From: Planctomycetota bacterium
GTDB lineage: Bacteria; Planctomycetota; SZUA-567; H5-PLA8
Reading direction: 5' to 3'
Length of the DNA stretch: 64,000 bases
Assembly: GCA_038227875.1 (NCBI GenBank)
Contig: JBBRPR010000002.1
Coordinates: 1-64,000 of the forward strand
Below, in pieces: positions 1 to 9,000 of this stretch; the stretch's first letter is position 1, and every line of letters begins with the position of its first letter. The notes beneath the pieces were generated by a model that was given only the letters and a program-made list of their open reading frames with translations, did not search any database and was not told the DNA's origin. Both the position numbers and the translations under genes were made by a program.

Positions 1-3
1 AAA

Positions 4-57
4 ATGACCGATGACCAATGACCGATGACCGATGACCAATGACCAATGACCAATGAC
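4..57. repeat. 7-nt tandem array (ATGACCR)n, about 8 units
   Basis: atgaccg atgacca atgaccg atgaccg atgacca atgacca atgacca atgac, just past the last pilin gene stop. Confidence 0.9.
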
Positions 58-65
58 TCCGTTTG

Positions 66-707
66 TTACGCGCCAGGATCGCTGCTGTAAATATTATCCT
101 TGTCATCCGTGACGCCATCGCCATTCGTGTCGGTATTGTTCGGAAGCATCTGATCCGATAAGCCGAAGAGTTTGTCTTCGCCGGGGTCGGCGACGAAATA
201 GGATTGCGGGTTGCCGGCGGCGTCTTTGAAGAGCTTGTATTTGTAGAAGCCGCCGAGCGGCGAGACGAGCTGCTTGCCGTCCTTCATCTGCGTGTTGGAG
301 ACATCCAGGTACGGGCCGTAGTGCGTTTCACCGACGGCGAAGCGCTGGCAGAGATAGTAGGCGAGAACCTGCGAGCCGGTGTCGGGCTGCAAGGGATCGA
401 TGGACGCGGTGCCGAGCTTGTCGTCGGGCGGATAGTATTTGAAGTCGTCGCGGTATTTTTCCAGCGCCATCGAGAGCGTGTTCATGGTCTGCTTCGCGGC
501 ACCGCGCCGCGCGGTGGCTCGCGCCTTGGCCAGGGCGGGGAGCAGAAATGCCATGAGGATGCCGATGATTGCGATCACGACCAGCAGTTCGGTCATCGTG
601 AAGCCGCGTGGCGGCATTGCGGAGTGCGGATTGCGGATTGCGGATTTTCGCATGCGGGATGGGGCGCTGATAGCGAGGCTCATGCGGGGCTCCTTGGTTT
701 TTCTCAC
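66..707 (-). CDS. Type II secretion/type IV pilin-like protein (GspG-like pseudopilin)
   Basis: Prepilin motif RG|FTMTELLVVIAIIGIL, then ALEKYRDDFKYYPP and C-terminal D-x-N-x-D-G...DNIYS. The true start could be later (MPPRGF). Confidence 0.85.
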   Translation of the reverse strand: MRKTKEPRMSLAISAPSRMRKSAIRNPHSAMPPRGFTMTELLVVIAIIGILMAFLLPALAKARATARRGAAKQTMNTLSMALEKYRDDFKYYPPDDKLGTASIDPLQPDTGSQVLAYYLCQRFAVGETHYGPYLDVSNTQMKDGKQLVSPLGGFYKYKLFKDAAGNPQSYFVADPGEDKLFGLSDQMLPNNTDTNGDGVTDDKDNIYSSDPGA

Positions 708-1511
708 TCACGATCCGCGATAGATGGGGAAGTAGAAGACGCCGTTTTCAATCGCTTGCGGGTCGCCGAGATCTGGGCCGTAGGTGATCGTCAGCTTGAT
801 GGCCTGCGGCAGCACGCGCGGATGGAGGTCGACGGTGCTGTTGAGCGGCGGGGGCGCATCGACGGCTTCAAACTTCACGGCGCGGACGTTGGTGATCACG
901 ATGTCGGCCTGCGTTTCCGGAGCGAACTGGTCGTCGCCGAGCGCGAAGAGCGGGTTGACCTTGTTCGGGTCGACGAGATCGAAAGGCCCGGTCGCGTCGC
1001 GGTAGCGGACGAGTCGGCCGTTCTCCGGGCGCGCGGCGTCGGGGATGTATTCGTAGCGCACGTCGATGCTGATGTTCCGCCCGCCGGAGCTGGTCGTCGA
1101 CGCGAAGGTCAGCACGTTGTTGGTCTGGCCGTTGGAATTGGAGAGCTGGTACATCGCAATGTTGGCGCGCTGGACGGGCAGCATCCCGCCGACTTCCGAA
1201 CGCAGGCGGATATTCATATTGCGCAGCCGTTCGGTCATGGACGTCCGGCTGTTGGCGTCGCGCATCGTCGAGACGGAAATCCTCAGCACAAACGCGAGCA
1301 CCGTCAGCAGGATCACGGAGATGGTGATGGCAACGAGCAGCTCGAGCAGCGTGAAACCGTGGGGGCGGGACAGCATTGCGGATTGCGGATTGCGGATTGC
1401 GGATTGGCGGGGGGTGAGTCCGTCCGGTCCCGTTAGACCCCCCCTGACCCTCCTTTTCAAGGGGGGGAGAACGGCGGCGCTTCGCGGTTCGATATTTTGC
1501 AATGGATTCAT
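708..1511 (-). CDS. Prepilin-type protein (GspJ/PilW-like minor pilin)
   Basis: HG|FTLLELLVAITISVILL; LPQAIKLTITY near the C-terminus is GspJ-like; ATG at 1511 follows GAGGG. Confidence 0.8.
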   Translation of the reverse strand: MNPLQNIEPRSAAVLPPLKRRVRGGLTGPDGLTPRQSAIRNPQSAMLSRPHGFTLLELLVAITISVILLTVLAFVLRISVSTMRDANSRTSMTERLRNMNIRLRSEVGGMLPVQRANIAMYQLSNSNGQTNNVLTFASTTSSGGRNISIDVRYEYIPDAARPENGRLVRYRDATGPFDLVDPNKVNPLFALGDDQFAPETQADIVITNVRAVKFEAVDAPPPLNSTVDLHPRVLPQAIKLTITYGPDLGDPQAIENGVFYFPIYRGS

Positions 1512-1619
1512 ACGTCCCTCCGCTGGCGTCATGACTGCTGTTGCTGTTCTTCCGTTGCCGTTCCTGCCCGCTGCGATGCCAAAGTGACTGCCGACCATTT
1601 TTCCGTGCGCGTGTCTACT

Positions 1620-1670
1620 CTGACCCCTGACCCCTGACCCCTGACCCCTGACCCCTGACCCCTGGCCCCT
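1620..1670. repeat. 7-nt tandem array (CTGACCC)n, about 7 units
   Basis: ctgacccctgacccctgacccc... between two pilin genes. Confidence 0.9.
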
Positions 1671-2227
1671 CACGGTTGTACCGTGATGAGCGTCGTGTAG
1701 ACCGACAGCGGTTTCTTCTTCCCGCCTGGCTTGACGTTGCGGTAGACGGCGATCGCGATCTGGTACAGGCCGCGCGGGTACGGGCCGAAACTTTTGTCGT
1801 CCTTGGTGGAGTCGAGTGGTTCTTTTTCGTCCATCGGAAAGGCGCTGACGCGGCACTGCCACCACAGATCGGTCTGCGCTTTGGATTGATCGGTCGCGAA
1901 CATCACGTTGGGGTCGATCAGTACCGGCGCGGGCGTGTTGCCGGACGCGTGGATCCATTCGTTTTCAGGAAACGTGACGCTGGCGGCGGTTTGGATGCGG
2001 TCGAGATAGACGTGGTTTCCGCCGGCGTCCGTTTCGCTCGTGATTTTCGTCAGCAGCGTCTGCGCTTCGATGCTGCCAACCGTGGAGTTGCCGGCCCACG
2101 ACGCCGACGCCAGGCCGGTGAGAAAGACCGAGAGAATGCCGATGATCCCGATGCCCATCAAGGCGATGGCGAAGAGCAGTTCGATCAGACTGAAGCCCTG
2201 GGCTGTGCGTTGTCGCAGCGTCTTCAT
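1670..2227 (-). CDS. Prepilin-type protein (PilV/GspI-like minor pilin)
   Basis: MKTLRQRTAQG|FSLIELLFAIALMGIGIIGILSVF; ATGA overlap with the upstream gene. Confidence 0.8.
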   Translation of the reverse strand: MKTLRQRTAQGFSLIELLFAIALMGIGIIGILSVFLTGLASASWAGNSTVGSIEAQTLLTKITSETDAGGNHVYLDRIQTAASVTFPENEWIHASGNTPAPVLIDPNVMFATDQSKAQTDLWWQCRVSAFPMDEKEPLDSTKDDKSFGPYPRGLYQIAIAVYRNVKPGGKKKPLSVYTTLITVQP

Positions 2228-3597
2228 TGTTTCATCGCCTCCGCCAGGGTGTCCGAAAAGCGCGAGTGGCCGGTGTTCTGATAGATGCTGACGTAGCGGC
2301 GGTCGCCGGTGGAGACATCCGTCAGGCGGATCGTCACGGTGCCGGTCGTGCCGTCGGGGCGGAAGAGCAGCGGAAAGCCGTAGCCGCTGTCGATGGCGAT
2401 GGCCTTGCCCGGGTCGCCTGGTCCGAGCGGAACGTACGTCGGGTCCATCACGTCCATGCGCAGGCCGGGGGGCAGCACGCGGATCGGGCGGACGTCGAAG
2501 AGCACATCGTCGGCTAGGGCCGCGCAGTTTTCGACCTGGAAGCCCGCGCAGCCGTTGTTCAGCGGCGTCTTGTCGTAGACGGGCCCGACCGTCCACGCCG
2601 GCGGTTCGAGCTGTCCGTCGGCCCAGACTTTTCCGGCGACCGCCGCGCGCACGGTGCCGTCCGGCGAGGTGCTGGTCTTGATCGACAGAATCACGCGGTA
2701 CCAGACATCGTCAACGAGGACCGTCGTGGTCGACGGCGCGCCGTTCAAATCGACGTCGACGGCCGAGGGCGCTGGACCGGCCGACCAGCTGCCGCTGCCG
2801 ACATGGTCGAGCACCACGGTGCTGTTGGTATTCTCTGCCGCGTTGAAGGGCGTGATTGTCATCATCATGCGGTAGGCCTTGTTGATGCTCGTGCCGCTGC
2901 CGTCGTCGATCGAACCGAGCAGCGAGACGGAGCGCTTGGCCGGGGCTTGATTTTCCGGCGGCAGAAATTTGACGCGCCCCTGGATCAGCACTTCGTAGTC
3001 GTCGGTGGTGACGCCCACGCGCATGCGCGAATGCCAGTACCCCGCCGAACCGCCGCCGCCGGGGCCCGCTCCGGTGCTCATCTTCATGCAGCGGGAGCTA
3101 TCACTGACGATCTCCGGCTTGTCGCCGTTGGTCAGCCAGAGGTTGCTCAGCTCCGGCGAAGTTCCCATGCCGTACGTGTCGAAGTTTTCGTTCACGAACG
3201 GGCCGACGACGGTGAGGCGATTGAGCCCGCCTTCCTTGTCCAGCCGCGTGAGATCGACCCGCGTCGAGCGGCGCAGCGTCACGGCGGCGGTGCGCGCTTC
3301 GTCGGCGGCGGCGACGAGCAGGTTCAGGCCGCGTGACATGCGCGTGCTGCGCAGCATCGAATTCACCGAGACCAGCGCCAGCGTCGTCATCATCAAAATG
3401 ATGCCCATGACGATCAGCAGCTCAATCAAAGTGAACCCGCGCCGAGGCGCGCGAGCATTGCGATACGAATCCGCCGCCGCGCGCGTTCCTCGCTCGGCGC
3501 GCCCGCTCGCCAATCCGCAATCCGCAATCCGCAATCCGCAATTCACACGCTCTTTTCCTTGAGCGTTGTTCGCGTAAATCGATCTCAGTCTTTTCAT
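2224..3597 (-). CDS. Prepilin-type protein (FimT/GspH-like) with large beta-rich insert
   Basis: RRG|FTLIELLIVMGIIL; ARTAAVTLRR; C-terminal LLFRPDGT...VTIRL...SIYQNTG typical of GspH/FimT; AAGGAG RBS. Confidence 0.8.
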   Translation of the reverse strand: MKRLRSIYANNAQGKERVNCGLRIADCGLASGRAERGTRAAADSYRNARAPRRGFTLIELLIVMGIILMMTTLALVSVNSMLRSTRMSRGLNLLVAAADEARTAAVTLRRSTRVDLTRLDKEGGLNRLTVVGPFVNENFDTYGMGTSPELSNLWLTNGDKPEIVSDSSRCMKMSTGAGPGGGGSAGYWHSRMRVGVTTDDYEVLIQGRVKFLPPENQAPAKRSVSLLGSIDDGSGTSINKAYRMMMTITPFNAAENTNSTVVLDHVGSGSWSAGPAPSAVDVDLNGAPSTTTVLVDDVWYRVILSIKTSTSPDGTVRAAVAGKVWADGQLEPPAWTVGPVYDKTPLNNGCAGFQVENCAALADDVLFDVRPIRVLPPGLRMDVMDPTYVPLGPGDPGKAIAIDSGYGFPLLFRPDGTTGTVTIRLTDVSTGDRRYVSIYQNTGHSRFSDTLAEAMKQ

Positions 3598-3616
3598 AGC
3601 CAGCTCCTTTTGGAAA

Positions 3617-4309
3617 TCAGTACTGCGGGTCCCAATTGTTCAGGTCGTCGAGGACTTCCGTTGACTTGGGATTCTTTTTGAAACCGGTGAGACTGCCGTT
3701 CATCGACGCTTCGCCCATCTGCCGCGATGTTCCGCCCGCCGCCGCGTAGGCGGTGTTAGCGTTGTCGGTTGCGCCGTCGCCGTCGTTATCGATGCCGTCA
3801 TTGCAGGCGGTTTTGCCATCGGGACCGGCGGAGAAGAGATCGAACGTATCGCGGTTGTGGACGACGCGGTCGGGGTCGCCGACGTAGCCGATGGGGTTCT
3901 TCCACGGATCGACGACCAGGTAAGCGGGAGCACCGTTGGCATCAGTGAAGGCGACGAGTTCGTTGGCGTTAAACTGCGTGTAGGGCCCGTACGTCTGCCC
4001 ATTGACGGTCAGTTCGCAGCCGAGGTAGCGCCAGAGCGTGCCGGCATCGTAGAGCACCTTGCCGCCGACAATTCCACCGTTCTGCGGCAGTCCGTAGCCG
4101 TTGTCCGGCGGCAGCGTGCGCCATTCGGCCTGGTAGCGCGCGAGCGCGATGGCGACTTTCTGGATCAGCGCGTTGGCGGCTTTTGCTTTCGCCATTTTCG
4201 TGGTGCGCAAGAAAACGCCGGCCATCATCGCCAGCAAGAACAGGATGATGCTGATCACGACCAGCAATTCCACGATCGTAAAACCGGAGTGAGCGCGTCG
4301 CGTTTTCAT
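3617..4309 (-). CDS. GspG-like pseudopilin
   Basis: SG|FTIVELLVVISII; DPWKNPIGY, FDLFSAGPDG, DDLNNW. Confidence 0.85.
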   Translation of the reverse strand: MKTRRAHSGFTIVELLVVISIILFLLAMMAGVFLRTTKMAKAKAANALIQKVAIALARYQAEWRTLPPDNGYGLPQNGGIVGGKVLYDAGTLWRYLGCELTVNGQTYGPYTQFNANELVAFTDANGAPAYLVVDPWKNPIGYVGDPDRVVHNRDTFDLFSAGPDGKTACNDGIDNDGDGATDNANTAYAAAGGTSRQMGEASMNGSLTGFKKNPKSTEVLDDLNNWDPQY

Positions 4310-4311
4310 GT

Positions 4312-4920
4312 TCAGTTGTCCCACGACGTGATGTTGTCGGCGTCGACGCCCGTGCGCGCGCCGTTGGCTTTCGAGCCCAGGCCGTCCTGCTTGTCGGGGC
4401 CTGGCGACCAGACTTTGAAGTCGCGCAATTCTTTTTCAGGCGTGCCGGGAACGTACGGCTCACCGATCCGCTGAAACGTGCCCTGATCGGTGTCCGTGCA
4501 GACAATGTGGACCGCGTCGAGCTGGTACGGCTGGCCCCACGGGTCGACGTAAATTCCGCTGCGCACTTGATTGACGGGGACGTCGAGAAACGGGCCGTAC
4601 GCTTTTTTCGTGAGCTGATCCTGGAGCGGCATGCCGAGGTACTTCACCAGCGACGCCGGATCGGTCACCGTCTCTTTCACCAGACCAGTTCCGAAGTCGG
4701 CGGTGTCCGGCGGGTAGCAATTGAGCTGGTCGTAATACTGGTTGAGCGCCGCGGCGATGTCCTGGACCTGCTTGTGCGCGAGGACGACGAGGCGCTTCTG
4801 CCGCGCCGTCGAAAGTGCGGCCATCAGCAGGCTCATCAGGATCAGGATGATGCCGATGACCACGAGCAGTTCGATCAGCGTAAAACCGGGTGCGTGAGGT
4901 GTTCTGGCGATGCGTTTCAT
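4312..4920 (-). CDS. GspG-like pseudopilin
   Basis: PG|FTLIELLVVIGII; DPWGQPY, VWSPGPD, DNITSW. Confidence 0.85.
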   Translation of the reverse strand: MKRIARTPHAPGFTLIELLVVIGIILILMSLLMAALSTARQKRLVVLAHKQVQDIAAALNQYYDQLNCYPPDTADFGTGLVKETVTDPASLVKYLGMPLQDQLTKKAYGPFLDVPVNQVRSGIYVDPWGQPYQLDAVHIVCTDTDQGTFQRIGEPYVPGTPEKELRDFKVWSPGPDKQDGLGSKANGARTGVDADNITSWDN

Positions 4921-4925
4921 GGAAT

Positions 4926-5586
4926 TCAATTTCCCATCGTCCAGTTGGTAATGTCGTCGCCGCCTTCGGCGTCCTCGTCGACGCGGCCGTTGCTGTTGTT
5001 GTCGGCAAAGTCGTGCTGATTGGGCGAGACCACTTTGTCCGGCCCCGTGGAGTACAGATCGAAGCCCTGCGGATTGTGGCACTTGCCCGCCGCCGTGCCG
5101 CCCTGCTGAATGTGTGCGACGCAGTTGAAATACACGATCGGCATGCCCCACGGATCGATCACCTGCGTGGTGCCTCCGCTGCGCTTCACGTATTCCGGCG
5201 GCAGCGTCATGTACGGATCGCGGTGGCGCGTGATCCCGCCCTGCACGGTGTCGATGCCGCGGCCGTTGGGACCGGCGAGGTACGTGTAAAGGCTCGACGG
5301 ATCGACCGGCCCGTTCAGTCCGGCGGTGTTGCTGGGCGGAAATTCATCGAAGTCGACGTTGTAGCGCTGCAGCGCGTTCTGGATGCCGTCGAGCTGCGCG
5401 CGCGCCGCGCGCATTTTCGCAGCGCTGCTGCACCGAGCCGATCACCGGCAAAAGAAACGCCATCAAAATCACGATGATCGAAATGACGATCAGCATCTCG
5501 ATCAGCGTGAAGCCCGCTACCGTTCTCCCCCCCTTGAAAAGGGGGAGCAGGGGGGATGCCGTTGTCAGTCCGATGTGTGTTCCCAT
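4926..5586 (-). pseudogene. GspG-like pseudopilin split by a +1 frameshift (pseudogene or sequence error)
   Basis: AG|FTLIEMLIVISII is in ORF 5344-5586, while DPWGMPIVY/FDLYSTGPD/DDITNW is in ORF 4926-5414. Removing base 5421 fuses them as QQRAKMRAARAQ. Confidence 0.8.
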
Positions 5587-5589
5587 GAT

Positions 5590-6012
5590 TTACATCCCAC
5601 CGCGCTTGCGGCGCATCACCGGCGCCGGCGGCTGTTCGATCACGCCGATCACCACCAGGTACTTGCCCTGATTGCGTTCCTTGCCCGTCAAAATCACCTT
5701 CTTATTGTCGTAGATGCTCAAGCGTTTCATGATCGACGGGTCGACCAGCTTGATCAGAAAAGTCTGCCCGCTATCCGCCAGAAACGTGCCGACGACGGTG
5801 GGGTTGGGCGTGGTCGAATCCGGCAGCACCGTGGAAAAAGTTCCGCTGTACTGCTTACCCAACCGCTGATCTTCCGGCAGAGCCTTCTCCGCCACCTCTT
5901 CGTCTGCCGCCTGCTTCGCTTCCGGATCAGGCTTGGACTCCGCCGCGTTGACGACTCCGGCCACCAGCGCCAGGCAGAAGACGATTCCGAACGTTCGTAT
6001 CGCGTGTCTCAC
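5590..6012 (-). CDS. Small secreted hypothetical protein
   Basis: Signal peptide MRHAIRTFGIVFCLALVAGVVNA|AE; lies inside the pilin operon. Confidence 0.7.
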   Translation of the reverse strand: MRHAIRTFGIVFCLALVAGVVNAAESKPDPEAKQAADEEVAEKALPEDQRLGKQYSGTFSTVLPDSTTPNPTVVGTFLADSGQTFLIKLVDPSIMKRLSIYDNKKVILTGKERNQGKYLVVIGVIEQPPAPVMRRKRGGM

Positions 6013-6054
6013 GTGCCGTTCCTCCTGCGGACTGCCGCTGCCTTCTGCCGTCTC

Positions 6055-9000
6055 TCACTCCGACATATCCCGGTACGCCAAAATCCTCGGCTGCGTGACG
6101 TAGACGATCGAGATGTCGTCGAACACCGGCGTGTCGAGCAGATAATGCTTCTGCGGATCGACCGTGTCGCCGGCCGTCGGATCAACCGACGGATCGATCG
6201 GGTAGCGGAAGCGCACGCGGTAGTGAAGTTTGTCGGTGCGCACACGGACGGGCGCGGCCATCGAACCGACGGCGTTCATCACGTCGGGATTGATGTACGT
6301 CCCCGTCGTCGCCGCGAGGGTGTTGCCGTCGAGCAGTTCGATTTCGACGCCCTTGGTTGCATGCGACTGGAACGGCGGCAGCGGCGGCGCGGGGCGATTG
6401 ACGCTGTAGGCCGAGTTGTCGTTGTCGTCGTTGTAGCGGAGGTAATCGAACGGTCCCTGGAACTGCACGGTCACCTTCTTCTGGCCCGCATCGAAGCGCG
6501 TGAAATTCTCCGTGCGGTTGAAGGTCGGCATCTTGTGTTCATGCATGAAGCGCGGCGTGAAGGCCGTCCACGACACGCGCACGATCGAGACCTGTTCGGC
6601 GCTCACCGATTTATCGTAGCCCTGGAGCGACTGCAGCAGCGACTGCGAGGTGAAAAACGGACAGCCGTTGACGTCGTTGGGCGAGGTGCTCTTCGGATTC
6701 GGCGGCAGATAGTAGCGGCTCATCTGCTGCTCCTTGGCGGCGCGGTCGTGGGCCCAATCGGGGCTGTCCTGGAGCACGCGGTCGAGGTGCGAAATCTTCA
6801 GCTCATCGATCACCGCGTAGGTGCCGTCGCAGGGCAGGTGGCGGTAGATCCAGTGCTTCTCGTCCTGGTTGATGTTGTTGACGCCGAAAACTTTCTGCTC
6901 CACCGGCGCGCCCGACGGATCGGCCCACCACCACTTCGCATCCTGGCCGGTTTCTCCGTAGCCCATGCCGACAGGGCCCGGGTTGCCAATGTCACACGGC
7001 CCGGTGAAGTAGCGGTACGCCTGGATCCCGCGCCCGCCGTTGTACTGCAGCCAGAAATCGGGATTGATCCCCGTCGGCGTTTCCGGATAGCACTGCGAAT
7101 TGATGAACGGGCGGCCCATCTTGCCGATGATCACTTCGTTCTCCGGGTTGGTGCCGTCGAGCGAATTGATCCAGTGGCCGGTCGACTGTTCTCCGGCGCG
7201 CAGGTTGTCCAGCGGGTCGCCATTGTTGAGGTACTCGTCGCGCGGCACCGCTTGCCCGTAGCGCCAGCGCGCGCCGACATAGTGCCAGCGGAACGGCTGC
7301 ACGCGGAACTGCGGCGATTCCTCCGTGCCCGGCGCGGCAAGCGGCGGCAGCAGGCTGGGGTAGACGTGCGCGTAGCCGCCGTGCAGGAACGTCAGCAGGT
7401 CCATGTCGTGAATTTCGACCGCTTCGCCCGGGCGCACCTGGCCTTCGAGTTCGAAATTGAGATCGTTGTTGCGGTCCGATTCGCCGCTGGTGTAGGGAAT
7501 CTTGGTCGCGGTCCCGGCGAAGAACATGTTGCCCCATTTGGTCAGGTAACAGGAGCGCGCCGTCGTGCCGACCTTGTCGTTGCTGGGGTTGGATGCGTTG
7601 AAGAATTCGTGGTTGCGGTGGTCGTTGGCGTGCCACGTCGACTTGAACCACATCGTCACCATCGCGCCCTGCGGGTCGCCGGGCTCGAAGTTCTTCTTGT
7701 TGTTGTCGAAGAGATACTTCAGCGTCGACTTCGCGCCGCTGACGCCGGGGCCGGCGAGGTACACGCCTTCCGGCCGCAGGTCGCCGGAACGGACCGAGAC
7801 GTTGTTCCAGTAGAAATTCGTATTCAGACCTTTCAGCGCGTTGTCCGCCGAGGGGAAGCGGTAGACGCGCGGGTTGTTGGCGGGCAGATCCTGATCGATG
7901 TCGATGATCGCGTCGTCCATCAGGCCCAGCAGGCTGAATGTGTTGACGACGCGGAACTTGTCGCCGTCGTTGGTGGGCAAGTGCGGAATCTTCGCCTGTT
8001 CGCGGCCGTTGCCGGCGGCGGTGTCGGTATCCAGATCGCCGTTGAAGCTCGCCAGGAACGTGTCCTTGTCGGAATTCGGATCGAAGCGCATCGTGTTGGT
8101 CGCCAGCGACAACTGCCCGTCATACGCCGCCGGCTGCACGCGGTTGGCGACCACGTCGGGAACGGTGATGTCCGCCTTGGCGTTGCCCCAGCCGTCGCGC
8201 GCGGTGCCGGCGCGGTCGACGACTTCGGCGCTGTTGGCGTTCTTGATCGTGTACTTCAGCGGCACGAGCGGTTCGGGCAACGTGGTCAGCGCCAGCTTGT
8301 CGGTCACGTTCACTGCGTCGCGCGTCACCGAACCGGAATGCGCGAAGCTCTCGAGCGTGGCATCGGTGGCCGCCGCTTTGGAAATCACACCTTGAGCGAA
8401 CTGGCGCTGCGTGGTCTCGCGCCAGACGTCGTAAACTTTCACCAGCGCTTCGATGCGCCGCTCGGCCAGCACTTCGTGTTTGTTGACGATCTGCCCCGCC
8501 GATTCGATGTCGTAGATCCCCGCGCTGTCGAAGACGAACTCGGTCGTCGAGCGATTGAGGTCCGACTTGTCGAGCATCTCGTCGGACTTGTAGCGGAAAT
8601 TACGGATGATGTACGACCCCGCGTCCGGATCGCCCGGAAGTTTTCCAAAGGGCTTCAGGTAGACGTCGGACTGGTACGTCGAGAGTCCGCTGCCGAACGT
8701 GGTGTTGAGATCGTCGTGCGCGAAAATCGGGATGCTGGAGTTGGTGATCGGCGACGCGACGGCCGGATTGTTGTGCGGCTCCGGCGCGTTGGTGTACGCC
8801 ATCAGCGGTTCCATCTCGGTGAAGTTGCGCCCCCAGCGGTCGATCCATTCGATGTTTGGATTGAACTTCAGGATGTCGGCATTGGAGTTGAAGTTGGCCA
8901 TGATCATCCGAGCGACGGAGTCCTGGCCCAGCCCCTTCTTCGCGGGATTGCCGGAGTACGGAACGCTCGCGCCCAGCGGGTACGAGCGGAGGTCGTCCCA

